Assembly: GCF_963921235.1 (NCBI RefSeq)
Contig: NC_086108.1
Location: 65,598,001-65,662,000, forward strand
Direction of reading: 5' to 3'
From: Mobula hypostoma
Lineage: Eukaryota
Length of the DNA: 64,000 nucleotides
Both the position numbers and the translations under genes were made by a program. Under the pieces are notes generated by a model, which did no database searches, was not told the origin of the DNA, and was given only the letters and a program-made list of their open reading frames with translations. Positions 51,791-63,220 of the stretch are shown piece after piece. Position 1 is the first letter of the stretch; every line of letters begins with the position of its first letter.

Positions 51791-53045
51791 GGCCACATAG
51801 TAGTGTAATGTCGTGGTACAATAGAGTGACCTGGTTCAATTTTGCCACAGTCTATAAGGAGTCTATACCTTCTCTCTGTGGCTGGACGCTCCAGCTTCCT
51901 TGGTAATTGGACAGCACGGTCTCGGGGTGGAAGGGCTCGCTGCAATGCTGTATCTCAAAATAAATAAATAATGAATCAATCAATCGATTTTGGAGCCCTC
52001 AAAGGAATGCAAAAGTTTTCATTAGCTGAGGGGATGAAATGGAGAAAAGCAGATGAAGTAAAGGTGATGTGCTGGTAACTCCTGCGCTTCTTTCCACTGT
52101 TAAGCTAATACTTTTCTGTTACTATATTATTTTGTTCAAATCTGCCAAGGCATTTTCTTATCTTTCAGGTACCATTTCTAATGAAATTTGTCATATCCTC
52201 TCTGGCAAAATGCTGACTTTCAACATTGTTTTCATTTTGCCCTCATTTTTTCCCCATTGCTGGAGTAATTGATAGTTGTGGTGAAAGGCCTACACTTAAA
52301 TTAGAGATGCTGTTTTCTGAGTACTGGGTATCTAGGGATAGTCATAGTAGAAGGAAAGCAGGGAAAAACAAAAATAGAAGGTGCAGACAGGTACTTTAAT
52401 GCCATCGCTTTCAACACACAAGAAATTAGAACTGGGAGGACTGTGTCAGAACTTAAACTGCTATTTTTAGCTTCATTTTTGTAACCTGTAAAACTCAGTA
52501 ATGTGTGTCATCCTGAAAACCAGGTCGGCTGGCAAAAGTGAAAGAGAAATTTGACAAGTTTGTATAAAGTATTAATGTGATAATGACATGTATTTCTAAC
52601 CAGATTCAATTGGTTTTGAAATCAATGAAACAGCAAAGATCATGTTAAATCATATTTGTTGAAAAGGTGTTATTGTCCTCACTCATTAATCGTGGACATG
52701 CAAAGATCAACTAATGTAAAGGTAAATTTTTGCTTTTAATTGGGAACAGATAATCCAAAGAAATCTGTGAAACAGATATTTTAGAGCTTTCATTGGGAAG
52801 CCAAATAAAGATGGGTTGGAGAAAGAAATAGAGGATAAATATTGGGGGTAAGGGTGGGAAGAATGTATGAGCTCGGCCTTTGACTGGGCCAAATGGCCTG
52901 GCCTGTCTCTTAGAAACATAGAAAACCTACAGCACAATACAGGCCCTTTGGCCCAAAAAGCTGTGCTGAACTCTTGAGTTGCAATTACAGAATATGTCAC
53001 AGGTGAGTTTTGTGCTGTTTTAAATCCCAGCTTTTGAACAGTGTA

Positions 53046-53237
53046 ACACACACAGAATGCTGTAGGCAGCATTTATGGAAAAGAGTACAGTCAACATTTT
53101 GGGGCAAGATCTTTCATCAGCACCAAAACGTCGACTATGCTCTTTTCCATTGATGCTGCCTGGCCTGTTAAGTTCCTCAAGCATTTTGTGTGTATTGCTT
53201 GGATTTCCAGCATCTGCAGATTTTCTCTTGCTTGTGA
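53046..53237. mobile_element. Penelope-like pLTR fold-back mini-element
   Basis: Inverted arms meet at the hammerhead core (ttcatcag|caccaaaacgtcgact). 13-bp TSD ttt(g/a)aacagtgta at 53033-53045 and 53238-53250. Confidence 0.75.
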
Positions 53238-53250
53238 TTTAAACAGTGTA

Positions 53251-53869
53251 CGAGGGGTGATTGATAAGTTCGTGGCCTAAGGCGGAAGGAGTCAATTTTA
53301 GAGAACCTATCATATTTATTTTTCAACATAGTCCCCTCTTACATGTACACACTTAGTCCAGCGGTCGTGAAGCATACGGATCCCTTCTTTGTAGAAGTGG
53401 TCCACAGCAGGGGTGATTGATAAGTTCGTGGCCTAAGGTAGAAGGGGATAAGTTATTAACTTCAGATTTTCTGCTTTATCACTCAAAGAGTTGAACTGCA
53501 CGTGCATGTAACAAGAGTGTCTTGGACCTCCAGGTGGTCCACAACAGGGGTGATTGAAAAGTTTGTGGCCTAAGGTAGAAAGAGATGAGTTATGCAGCTC
53601 TCATTGCATGCACGTGCAGTTCAACTGAGTGAAAATGCAGAAAATTTGAAGTTCATAACTCATATCCTTCTACCTTTTGCCACGAACTTATCAATCACCC
53701 CTGCTGTGGACCACTTCTGGAGGTCCAAGACACCAACCTCTACAAAGAAGGGATCCGTATGCTCCACGACCGCTGGTCTAAATGTGTAAATGTAGGAAAA
53801 ATATATATGCTAGGTTTTCTAAAATTGACTCCTTCTACCTTAGTCCATGAACTTATCAATCACCCCTCG
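53251..53869. mobile_element. Palindromic mariner-derived non-autonomous element
   Basis: TIR cgaggggtgattgataagttc at both ends. Both arms carry the mariner C-terminus (F)YKEGIRMLHDRW.KCV.V, and the left arm continues to DYVEK*. Three internal TIR copies are present. Confidence 0.85.
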
Positions 53870-54752
53870 TCCATCATTTTATGAAGTAACGCACAAGAAA
53901 TTCATTAAGAACTAGTAGGCTGGCCTGGAATGTTACATTGGAAGGGATATAGGGAAATCTAGTTAACTAGATTCATAACTGACAGAGGATGATGGTGGAA
54001 GATTGTTTCTTGGCGTGAAGGCCTATGACTAGAGTTGTGCCTCAGGGATCAGTGCTGTGACCTGGGAATGCATAAGGCATAGTTAATAAGTTTCTGGATA
54101 ATATGAAAATAGGTAGCAGCATAGACGATGAAGAAAGTTATGAAAAATTCCAGGGGTATCTCAATCAGCTGAGTAAGTGGGCCATGGATTGGCAAATGGC
54201 ATTTAATCCACTTAAGTGTAAGGTGTTGCATTTTGGAAAGTCAGACTTGTACAGAGAATCGTCAGGTTCTGAGGAGTGTAGTGGAACAGAATGACCTAGG
54301 AGTATGTGTACGTAGGTTGCTGGAAGTGGCATCGTAGACAGGGTGTTTGGCAAGCTGGCCTTCATCAGCCAAGGTACTGAATACATCTGCTGGGACATTA
54401 TGTTGTAGATGTACATCACAAGAGTGAGGCTGCATTTGGGGTATTGTCTATGCTTTCTTCACCCTTTTATAGGAAGGATGTCATTAAGCTAGAAAGAGTG
54501 CAAAGAGAATGTTGTCAGAATTTGAGGGACTGAATTATAGAGAGAGGTTGGACAGAATAGGGCTTTATTCCATGGAATGTAGGAGGCTAAGGGGTGCACT
54601 TATAGAGATGTATAAAATCATGAGTGGCATACAGGTAGATAGGGTTAATGCATTCAGGCTTTTCGCTGGGAAAAGATAGCCCAAAACTGGAGGGCATTGG
54701 TTTAAGATGAGGGGGGAAAATATTTAAAAGGAAGTTATCAAGAAACTTTACA

Positions 54753-56867
54753 CAGTGTCTGGCAGAAGTATTCAGCCCCAGCCCTTTGTTCACATATGTA
54801 AGACTCATTGCATCTAGTGGCATGATCTCGGGTGTGGCGCCCCCTCCCCGACCAAACTTTAGCGCTCTTGTTTGGGTGGATGCTGCGTGATGTGTCCCCT
54901 GTGTAAAATCAGCACCCGAAATAAACATTCAGGCCACAATGTGCAGTTAAGATTTTGTATTTAAGTATGGGTTTGTAGAGAAACAAAAGAAAAGGAAAAC
55001 AAATAAAAGGAGCGAATAATCTCATAAACGTGTCCAGTGCACAAACCTTGGAGCTCACGGATTCCCTTTCGCCGATCCTCCTTTGCTAGTCAGCCCCTGG
55101 GCTCCCGCCCCGAGCCTAGGCCCAGCAGGTCTGGCAACTGTCCCCTCAAGCCACGTCTTCTCTCTTTATCCTCCTAGCGCCTTCTTCTCCAAGCCCGCAC
55201 AATCTAACAGCTTTCACACAGACAGAAAGAATAACATCTATCCCAATTGGTTAGCAAATGAATACAAATCCCATTATCACTAATTATAACCCAAACAGGC
55301 TGCTACAGAGAACATTACCTCATCAGTTAACATTACAGAGAAGCCATTTCATATTAGCCTTAGCAAGTGACATGAAAGAAGAAACCCTTACACATAAATA
55401 AGTAGCGATTTTTGATCAATTTAACTGAGAATTTTTATTTGTGAATCGCATGCTCCTTTTTTTACACATGAGCCCCAAAACAGGGAAAATTATAAAGCAT
55501 GACAAACTAAAAATGAGAAACAGAAATGATGGCATTTCAAAGGTATTCATCCCCCTTTGCTCAGTAGTTAGTTGAACCACCTCTTGCTGAGTGTTACAGC
55601 CAGCAGTGCTTTTGGATTCAGGTAAGTCTCTATTAGCCTTGCAAAATGTGATGGAGCAAGATTTTCCCTTTCCTCCTTGCAAAATTTCTCAAGCTGTGCC
55701 AGATTAGTTGTGGTCAGCAATCTTGAGATTGTGACAGAGATGTATGATTGGTTTAAGGCCAGGACTCTGAGTGGGCTGCTCAAGGACATCAATTTCCTTC
55801 ATTTGAAGCCACTGTATGGTTGTTCTGGCTGTGTGCTTTGGGTTGATGTCCTGCTGGATGATAAACTTGCTCCCTAGTTTAAGCTTTCCAGCGGGGACTA
55901 ACAAGTTTTCATCCAGAATCTCTCTGTATTTAGCAGTATTCATCTTCCCATCAATCCTGACCAGATTTCTAGTCCCTGCTGCAGAAAAGTATCCCCATAC
56001 CATGATGCTACCTCCACCATGCTTTGATGTTACGTGGCTGATGCGCAGATTTAGATTTACACCGCAGGTGCCACTTGTTGAGGCCAAAATGTTCCACTTT
56101 AGTCTCATCCAACCACAAGACTTTCTTCCACATCTTTACAGTATATTCTAAGTGATGCTTTGCAAAGTCTTTATGGGCAAGGATATGTTTTTTTTTAGCC
56201 AGGGCTTCTTCCTTTCCACTCTTCCGTAAAGGCCTTAAAGATTGTGGAGCCATGAACCTCATCTATTACAGCCACTGGCTTCTGTGGCTCACTCAGAGTG
56301 ACTGTTGTTGTTACACTAGCCTCTCTTACGAGTGCCATTCTCCGCTGGCAACTAAGTTTAGAGCGGCAGCCTGACCTAGGCTGTGGATTTATATTTTTCC
56401 CACTTTTTCATGATGGATTGTACTGAGCTCTGAGGTATGTTCAGTTCCTTTGAGATGTCTTGTACACTTTCCCAGATTTGTGCTTCTGGATTATCATTTC
56501 CCTGACTTGCCTTGAACGCTCTTTTGTCTTCATTTTGCTTTGGTCTGTTGAAAATCAACCATACTGGTGGAACTAACAGCGAGGGGGTATTTATTCAGAT
56601 GATCCTCCAATTTTCTACATCAACAAGTGTGCCTGAGGAAAGTTAGCATAGTAATTACAAAGGGGATGAATACTTTTTCAGCCTCACAATTTTGGTTTTT
56701 AATTTTTAGTAAATTGTTACTAGGATTTGGAGTTTTTCTTTTGATTTGACATGATGCACAATGTTTTGTAGATCAAAAAAAAATCCTAAACTATATTCTA
56801 AATTTAGAAAATAAGACAGTAAAATGTGAAAATATTTGTGGGGGCTGAATACTTCTTCAAGGTACTA
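54753..56867 (-). mobile_element. Tc1 IR/DR transposon C (decayed transposase 55561-56533)
   Basis: Ends are cagtgtctggcagaagtattcagcccc and ggggctgaatacttcttcaaggtacta. Remnants include MKTKERSRQVRE, VLWLDETKVE, KHGGGSIMVWGYFS, FIIQQDINPKH and QSPGLKPI. Confidence 0.88.
54797..55392. mobile_element. Solo LTR (Gypsy/ERV type), 596 bp
   Basis: TGTAAG...CTTACA termini and a 4-bp TSD CATA (54793-54796, 55393-55396). It interrupts the Tc1 C IR. Confidence 0.75.
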
Positions 56868-58324
56868 TATATTGAAATAGCTGCCAGAGAAAGTAATTGA
56901 GGCAGGTACAATAATTACATTTAAAAGAAATTTGGATAAGTACATGGATGGCAAAGGTTTAGAGGGATACAGGCCAAATACTAAATGGGAGTGTTTGGTT
57001 GAAAAATACTAGAGTAGTGGGCACCTTGGTTGACTTGGAATACCTGTATCGATGGTCCTGTTTCTGTGCTGTGATGCTTTATAACTGGGAAAAAGAGTTA
57101 AGTATTTGTTGCTCAATCATTTAGCCATAGGTTTGTTGCAGCAACATTCAGCAGTATCCTAGATCTAAACCATTAGGCCTTTACATGCTTGTCTTTGTGT
57201 AGTGTGCCTTTGTGGAACATATGATGGGAGGTGCCAAGTACGTATAAGTACCAGGATTTGATCAATGAATTGACATCAGAATCTCAGTAACAGTTTATAC
57301 TAGAGTCAGGATATGATTAGAATCTCACTAAATGAGTAAGGATGGGGGCAGGGGGTGGGATCAAGAGACCAATCAGGAATTTGGCAGGCGATGTGTGGGG
57401 CAAAATTCTTGGATAGAGAGAGCAGCAGTGTCAAATGTTGGTGGTCTGTAAATATTACATGTAATTGGGAAGACCAATGCTATACTGTGCTTTACAAAAT
57501 GATTTGTGAATTGGTTGCCACGGAGATTACACCTGGATTCTTGTATTTATGTCTGGTATTCCCACGTAAGGAAGATGTACTCATGAAAAAGAGGTGCAGT
57601 AAAGAGTTTTATGAGGAGAAGTAGACTGGATCTACACACTGATGGGTTTGACAGTGAAATGATTTTATGGGAAATTCTTAAAAGAATTTAGGTATAGAGG
57701 TGTTTTCCCTGATGAGTCATCTGGGAATGTCATAATCCAAGCATAAGGGGTTATTAATTCAAGAACAAGTTAAGAAGAAGTGCAAAGACCAGTGAATCTT
57801 TGGAATTCTCCACCCATGGGGTATGCAGAGCCTCAGTTACCAACACGTTTAAAGACAGAAGTAAATTTTTATAGATATTAATGGAATCCAGGAAAATGAC
57901 ACTGAGATAAAAGATCAGCATATTGTTATACAATACCAAAACAGGTATGAGGGGTCAAATAACCTTACACCTGCACTTATTTTTATATACTCAGCTATGA
58001 TGACTAGGAACCTGAAGTGTAGGAGGTAAATAAGGAACATATTTCCCCTGCATAGTAGGGGAATTAAGAGTTATGGGGAAAAGACAGGTAGGTGGAGATG
58101 AGTCCATGGTCAGATCAGCCATGATCTTATTGAATGGCAGGGCAGGCTCAATGGGCCAGATGGCCTACTCCTGCTCCTATTTCTTATGTTCTTATCTGAA
58201 TGGGCTTCCTGACTCAACTAAGACCCACTTCAGGCAGCAGTGCTATAAAGACAACAATTGCACTTAGGAGCAGGGTGATCCAGTATTTTGGACAACCTTT
58301 CAGCTCAGGAATTGTTGCGTTTCA

Positions 58325-58925
58325 CGTAGAACATAGAACAATATTGCACAGAAAGAGGCCCTTTGGCCCATAATGCCTGTGCTGACCAGGATGCCAATTT
58401 TAATCCCATCTGCCTGCACGTGGTCTATATTCCTCAATCTCCTGCCTGTTCACGTCCCTGGCTAAATACCTGTTCACTGTTACAATAATATTTGCTTCTA
58501 CTACTTACCCTGGCAGAATTTTCTAGGTGCTTATCACTCACTGTGTTTAAAAAAAATTGCTCCATGAACTCCTTTAGACTGTCTTCCACCTACCTCAAAT
58601 CAATGCCCTTTAGTACTGACATTTCCACTCTGGGAAAAGAAGATTGACTAGATATTGGATAGGACATTGACCCTATGTATTCCCCTTATGATTTAACATA
58701 CTTTTATCATTTGCTCCTCAGTCTCCAACACTTCAGAGAAAATAGTCCAAGTATGTTCAAACTACTTACAGCAAATTCTCTCTAAACCAGGCAACATCCT
58801 GATGAGCCTCTTTTGCATTCTCTCCAAAGCCTCCACCTCCTTACTGTAATGCAGTCTTCAGAACTTTAGAGGCCTACCTACTTATGTTGCCACTTTCAGG
58901 GACATATATAAACTTGCATCCTTTG
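58325..58925 (-). mobile_element. Decayed CR1 3' fragment
   Basis: (tagaaca)n tail, aggccctttggccc, and ccaggcaacatcctgatgagcctc (reverse complement of an RLIRMLPG-like stretch). Confidence 0.65.
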
Positions 58926-59070
58926 AACTATATTCTGTACCATTAAAAAAAAGCAATATATATACTTTCTGCAAACACGAGGAAATCTGCAGATGCTGGA
59001 AATTCAAGCAACACACACAAAAAATGCTGGTGAACGCAGCAAGCCAGGCAGCATCTCTAGGAAGAGGTAC

Positions 59071-59106
59071 AGTCAACGTTTCAGGCCGAGACCCTTCGTC
59101 AGGACT
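59071..59106 (-). ncRNA. Minimal type I hammerhead ribozyme motif (inverted arm)
   Basis: Exact reverse complement of 60124-60159. Confidence 0.6.
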
Positions 59107-60123
59107 AACTGAAAGAAGAGATAGTAAGAGATTTGAAAGTGGGAGGGGGAGGGGGAGATCCGAAATGATAGGAGAAGACAGGAGGGGGAGGGATGGAGCT
59201 AAGAGCTAGAAAGTTGATTGGCAAAAGGGGAGACAAGGTTGGAGAAGGGAGAGGATTATGGGATGGGTGGGATGAATGGACAAGGGAGTCGCGTAGGGAG
59301 CGATCCCTGCGGAAAGCAGAAAGGGGATCCCATCCCCCCATCCGCCCCATCCCTTCCCACCGATCTCCCTCCCGGTACTTATCCTTGTAAGTGGAACAAG
59401 TGCTATACATGCCCTTACACCTCCTCACTCACCACCATTCAGGACCCCAGACAGTCCTTCCAGGTGAGGCGACACTTCACCTGTGAGTTGGCTGGGGTGA
59501 TATACTGTGTCCGGTGCTCCCGATGCGGCCTTCTATATATTGGCGAGTCCGGACGCAGGCTGGGAGACCATTTCGCTGAACACCTACACTCTGTCCACCA
59601 AAGAAAGCAGTGGCCACACATTTTAATTCCACGTCCCATTCCCATTCTGATATGTCTATCCACGGCCTCCTCTACTGTCAAGATGAAGCCACACTCAGGT
59701 TGGAGGAACAACACCTTATATTCCGTCTGGGTAGCCTTCAACCTGATGGCATGAACATTGACTTCACTGACTTCTCTAACTTCCGTTAATGCCCCACCTT
59801 CCCTTTGTACCCCATCCCTTATTTATTTATTTGTTTGTTTGTTTATTTATTTATTATTATTTTTTAATATGCTTTCTTCTCTCCATTTTTCTCCCTGTCC
59901 CCCTCACTATAATTCATTGCCCATCCTCTGGGTTCCCCCCTCCCCTTTCTTTCTCCCTAGGTCTCCCGTCCCATAATCCTCTCCCTTCTCCAGCCTCGTA
60001 TCCCTTTTGCCAATCAACTTTCCAGCTCTTAGCTCCACCCCTTCCCTCCTGTCTTCTCCTATCATTTCAGATCTCCCCCTCCCCGTCGCACTTTCAAATC
60101 TCTTACTATCTCTTCTTTCAGTT

Positions 60124-60159
60124 AGTCCTGACGAAGGGTCTCGGCCTGAAACGTTGACT
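60124..60159 (+). ncRNA. Minimal type I hammerhead ribozyme motif in the PLE pLTR
   Basis: agtc-CTGACGA-agggtctcggcct-GAAAC-GTT-gact: stem I agtc/gact, conserved core boxes, and a vestigial stem III. Activity is unproven (GUU cleavage triplet). Confidence 0.65.
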
Positions 60160-60601
60160 GTACCTCTTCCTATAGATGCTGCCTGGCTTGCTGCGTTCAC
60201 CAGCATTTTTTGTGTGTGTTGCTTGTATATACTTTCTGGACAATTCCTTTTCATGTTATGTGAGCCTTATGCCATTGTTCCTCTGACAGTGTAAATAACT
60301 TTCTGAAGCAAATCCCACAGAACTGTAAGGCAATCATAATGAACTTAAGCAAAGTAGTACAGATAGTAACTAGCATTGTGCAGTTAATTTAAAGTGCAGG
60401 CAGGATTAGTTTTGAATTACTCTGTAGGGCTCCACTGTTGTGGGCGAACACAGTACTTACACTTGATCCAGTATATGATGGGACCACCTGCAAGTAAATG
60501 TTGGTGTGAACAATCTTTTAGACAAGTTGCAGGAACTAATGCATATAGTACAGTAAGGACTGTTCATTACTGCTGCAATTCAAATATGCTTTTAGATCAG
60601 T

Positions 60602-60608
60602 TACTAAC
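60602..60608 (+). promoter_or_regulatory. Consensus branch point TACTAAC
   Basis: A perfect TACTAAC ends 22 nt upstream of the exon that starts at 60631. Confidence 0.6.
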
Positions 60609-60630
60609 AGGAGCATTGTTTTTATGACAG

Positions 60631-60753
60631 GGAGCAAATGATGCACTTGGAATTAGCATAGCTGGTGGTATAGGAAGCCCTTTAGGCGATGTTCCTATCT
60701 TCATTGCCATGATCCAAGCCAGTGGAGTGGCTGCTCGCACACACAAGCTAAAG
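60631..60753 (+). CDS. patj: PATJ exon: PDZ10-equivalent core
   Basis: gacag|GGA...AAG|gtagg, 123 nt. Translates [41 protein letters not shown]. Confidence 0.95.
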
Positions 60754-60931
60754 GTAGGAGTGACAAAGTAACGTGACTTGTTAGTAATCTGCATCAGTTG
60801 TGACAATATAATATTCTTTCTATACGCTAAATATTTTCAATATGCTTAAGTGCTAAAATATTTAGCAGTTTTAGTAATAGAAATTGCTTCAATACATAAA
60901 TTATTGATTCTGTTTTTGCATTTAGTGATTT

Positions 60932-63220
60932 AGACCATAAGATATAGGAGCGGAGTTAAGCTGTTAGCCCATCGCATCTGCTCAGCCATTTCATCATGGC
61001 TAGTGCAGTTTTCCTCTCAGCCCCAATCTCCTGCCTTCTCCCTTTATCCTTCATGCCCTGACCAATCAAGAATCTATCAACCTCTGCCTTAAACATACAT
61101 AAAGACTTGGCCTCCAGAGCTGCTGGTGTCAAAGAATTCCACAGATTCACCACTCTCTGGCTGAAGAAATTCCTCCTTATCTCAGTTCTAAAAGGACACC
61201 CCCTCTAGTGTAAGGCTATGTCCTCTGGTCTTCGACTCTCCCATCATAGGAAACGCCTTCTCCTCATCCACTCTATCAAGACCTTTCACCATTCAATAGG
61301 TTTCAATGAGGTCACCCCTCATTCATCTGAATTCCAGTGAATACAGGCCCAGAGCCATCAAATGCTTTTCATATGACAAGCTATTCAATCCTGGAATCAT
61401 TTTTGTGAACCTCCTTTGAATCCTGTCCAGTTTCAGCACATCCTTTCTAAGATAACAGGCTCAAACCTACTCACACGACTCCGAAAGAGGCCCCACCAGT
61501 GCTTTATAAAGTTTCAACATTACATCCTTTTATATTCTAGTCCTCTTGAAATGAATGCTAACAATGCATTTGCCTTCCTCACCACAGACACAACCTGCAA
61601 ATTAACCTTTAGAGAATCCTGCACAGGAACTCCCAAGTCCCTTTGCACCTCAGTTTTTTGTATTTTCTCTCCACTTAGAAAGTAATCAACCCTTTCATTT
61701 CTTCCGCAAAAGTGCATGACCATACACTTCCTAACACTGTATTCCATCTCTCACTTCTTTGCCCATTCTCCTAAGCTGTCGAAGTCCTTCTGTAGCCTCT
61801 CCACTTCCTCAAAAATACCTGCCCCTCCACCTACCTTCATAACATCTGCAAACTTTGCAACAAAGCCATGAATTCTAACATCAAAATCATTGACATATAA
61901 CACAAAAAGAATTAATCCCAACATAGGCTCCTGTGGAATACCGCTAGTCACTGGCAGCCAGCCAGAAAAGGCTCCCTTTATTCCCACTCTTTGCCTCCTG
62001 CCAATCAGCCACTGCTTTATCCATAATAGAATCTTTCTTGTAATACCATCGGCTCGCAGCTTGTTAAGCAGCCTCATGTGTGGCACCTCGTCAAAGGCCT
62101 TCTGAAAATCCAAGTACATAGTATCAAGCAATTCTCCTTTCTCTATCCTGCTTGTTATTTCTTCATAGAATTCAAACAGATTTGTCAGGCAAGGCTTTCC
62201 CTTGAGAAAACCATGCTGACTACAGCGTACTTTATCATGTGCCTCCAAGTACCCTGAGACTTCATCCTTAATATTCGTCTCCAACAACTTCCCAACTACT
62301 GAGATCAGACTAACTGCCCTATACTTTCCCTTCTTCTGCTTCTTCCCCTTCTTGAAGAGTGACATATGCAATTTTCCAGTCTTCTGGAGCCATCCCAGAA
62401 TCTAGTGAAAGATTATTACTAATGCCTCCCAGATTTCTTCAGCCACCTCTTTCAAAACCCTGGGGTGTACACCATCTAATCTATCTTCAGACTCTTCAGT
62501 TTCCCAAGAACTTTCTGTATAGTTATAGCAACTTTGCACTCTTCATGCCCCTGGCACCTGGAACTTCCCACATACTGCTAGTGTCTTCCACAGTGAAGAC
62601 AGATGCAAAATTCTTATTCAGTTTGTCCACCATTTCATTATCCCTCATTACTACCTCTCCAGCATCATTTTTCAGCAGTCCGATATTCACTCTCACCTCC
62701 CGTTTACACTTTATGTATCTAAAGGAACTTTTGGTATGCTCTTTAATATTATTGGCTAGCTTACGTTTGTAATCCATGTTTACCTTCTTAATGACCTTTT
62801 AGTTGCCTTCTGTTGGCTTTCAAAAGCTTCCCAATCCTCTAACTTCCCACTCATTTTTGCTCTATTATATGCTCTCTCTTTGGCTTTTATGGTGACTGTG
62901 ACTTCTTTTGTTAGCCACAGTTGTGTCATCTTTCCTTTAGAATATTTCTTCCTCTTTGTGATGTATATATCCTGTGCCTTCCAAATTGCTTCCAGAAATT
63001 CCCGCCATTGCTGCTGTGCTGTCATCCCTGCCAGTGTTCTTTTCCAATCAGTTCTAGCCAGCTCCTCTCTCATGCCTCTGTAATTCCCTTTATTCCACTG
63101 TAATACTGATAAATCAGACACTAGCTTCGCCTTCTCAAATTTCAGGGTGAATTCGATTCATATTATGATCACTCTCACACTGTTCTTTTACCTTAAACTC
63201 TCCAATCAATTCTGGTTCAG
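60932..63220 (-). mobile_element. CR1 LINE, ~2.3 kb, decayed ORF2
   Basis: ORFs 61520-61747, 61751-62371, 62523-62777 and 62780-63121 give YLDFQKAFDEVPH, GIPQ and KFAD. The tail is at 60932. Confidence 0.9.

Larger units (their letters stand above)
53960..57085 (+). mobile_element. Decayed CR1 RT/3' region split by Tc1 C
   Basis: WAMDWQMAFNPLKCKVLHFG. The 3' part resumes at ~56870 (gctgccagagaaagt...). Confidence 0.75.
58972..60225 (+). mobile_element. Penelope-like element (Neptune-like) with an inverted pLTR and a GIY-YIG remnant
   Basis: Linker C-x4-C-x2-C (CKWNKCYTC) and VIYCVRCSRCGLLYIGESGRRLGDHFAEH. Inverted arms at 59005-59267 and 59965-60225. Perfect 13-bp TSD TATATACTTTCTG at 58959-58971 and 60226-60238. 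Confidence 0.9.
2048..60753 (+). other. patj: Partial PATJ (INADL) gene span: 12 internal coding exons, 441 aa, open at both ends
   Basis: Exons 2048-2146, 4931-5023, 7597-7671, 12880-13009, 15398-15534, 19094-19177, 28024-28217, 38565-38712, 41618-41704, 43916-44030, 50988-51025 and 60631-60753 all have AG/GT ends and splice in frame without stops. The motifs [51 protein letters not shown] and [12 protein letters not shown] match PATJ rather than MPDZ (recalled sequences). Confidence 0.9.

Noticed and set aside
53251..53869. Regularly spaced ~30-bp repeats resembling a CRISPR array
   Set aside because: They are mariner TIR copies in both orientations, with long, mutually related spacers, inside a vertebrate intron.
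59218..59754. 178-aa ORF as a functional GIY-YIG nuclease gene
   Set aside because: The N-terminus comes from inverted non-coding sequence and the frame shifts after AEHLHSV. There is no RT, so it is a TE remnant.
2048..60753. Calling the gene MPDZ/MUPP1 because of the PDZ9-like exons
   Set aside because: Downstream exons carry PATJ-type residues throughout ([57 protein letters not shown]) rather than the MPDZ versions as I recall them.
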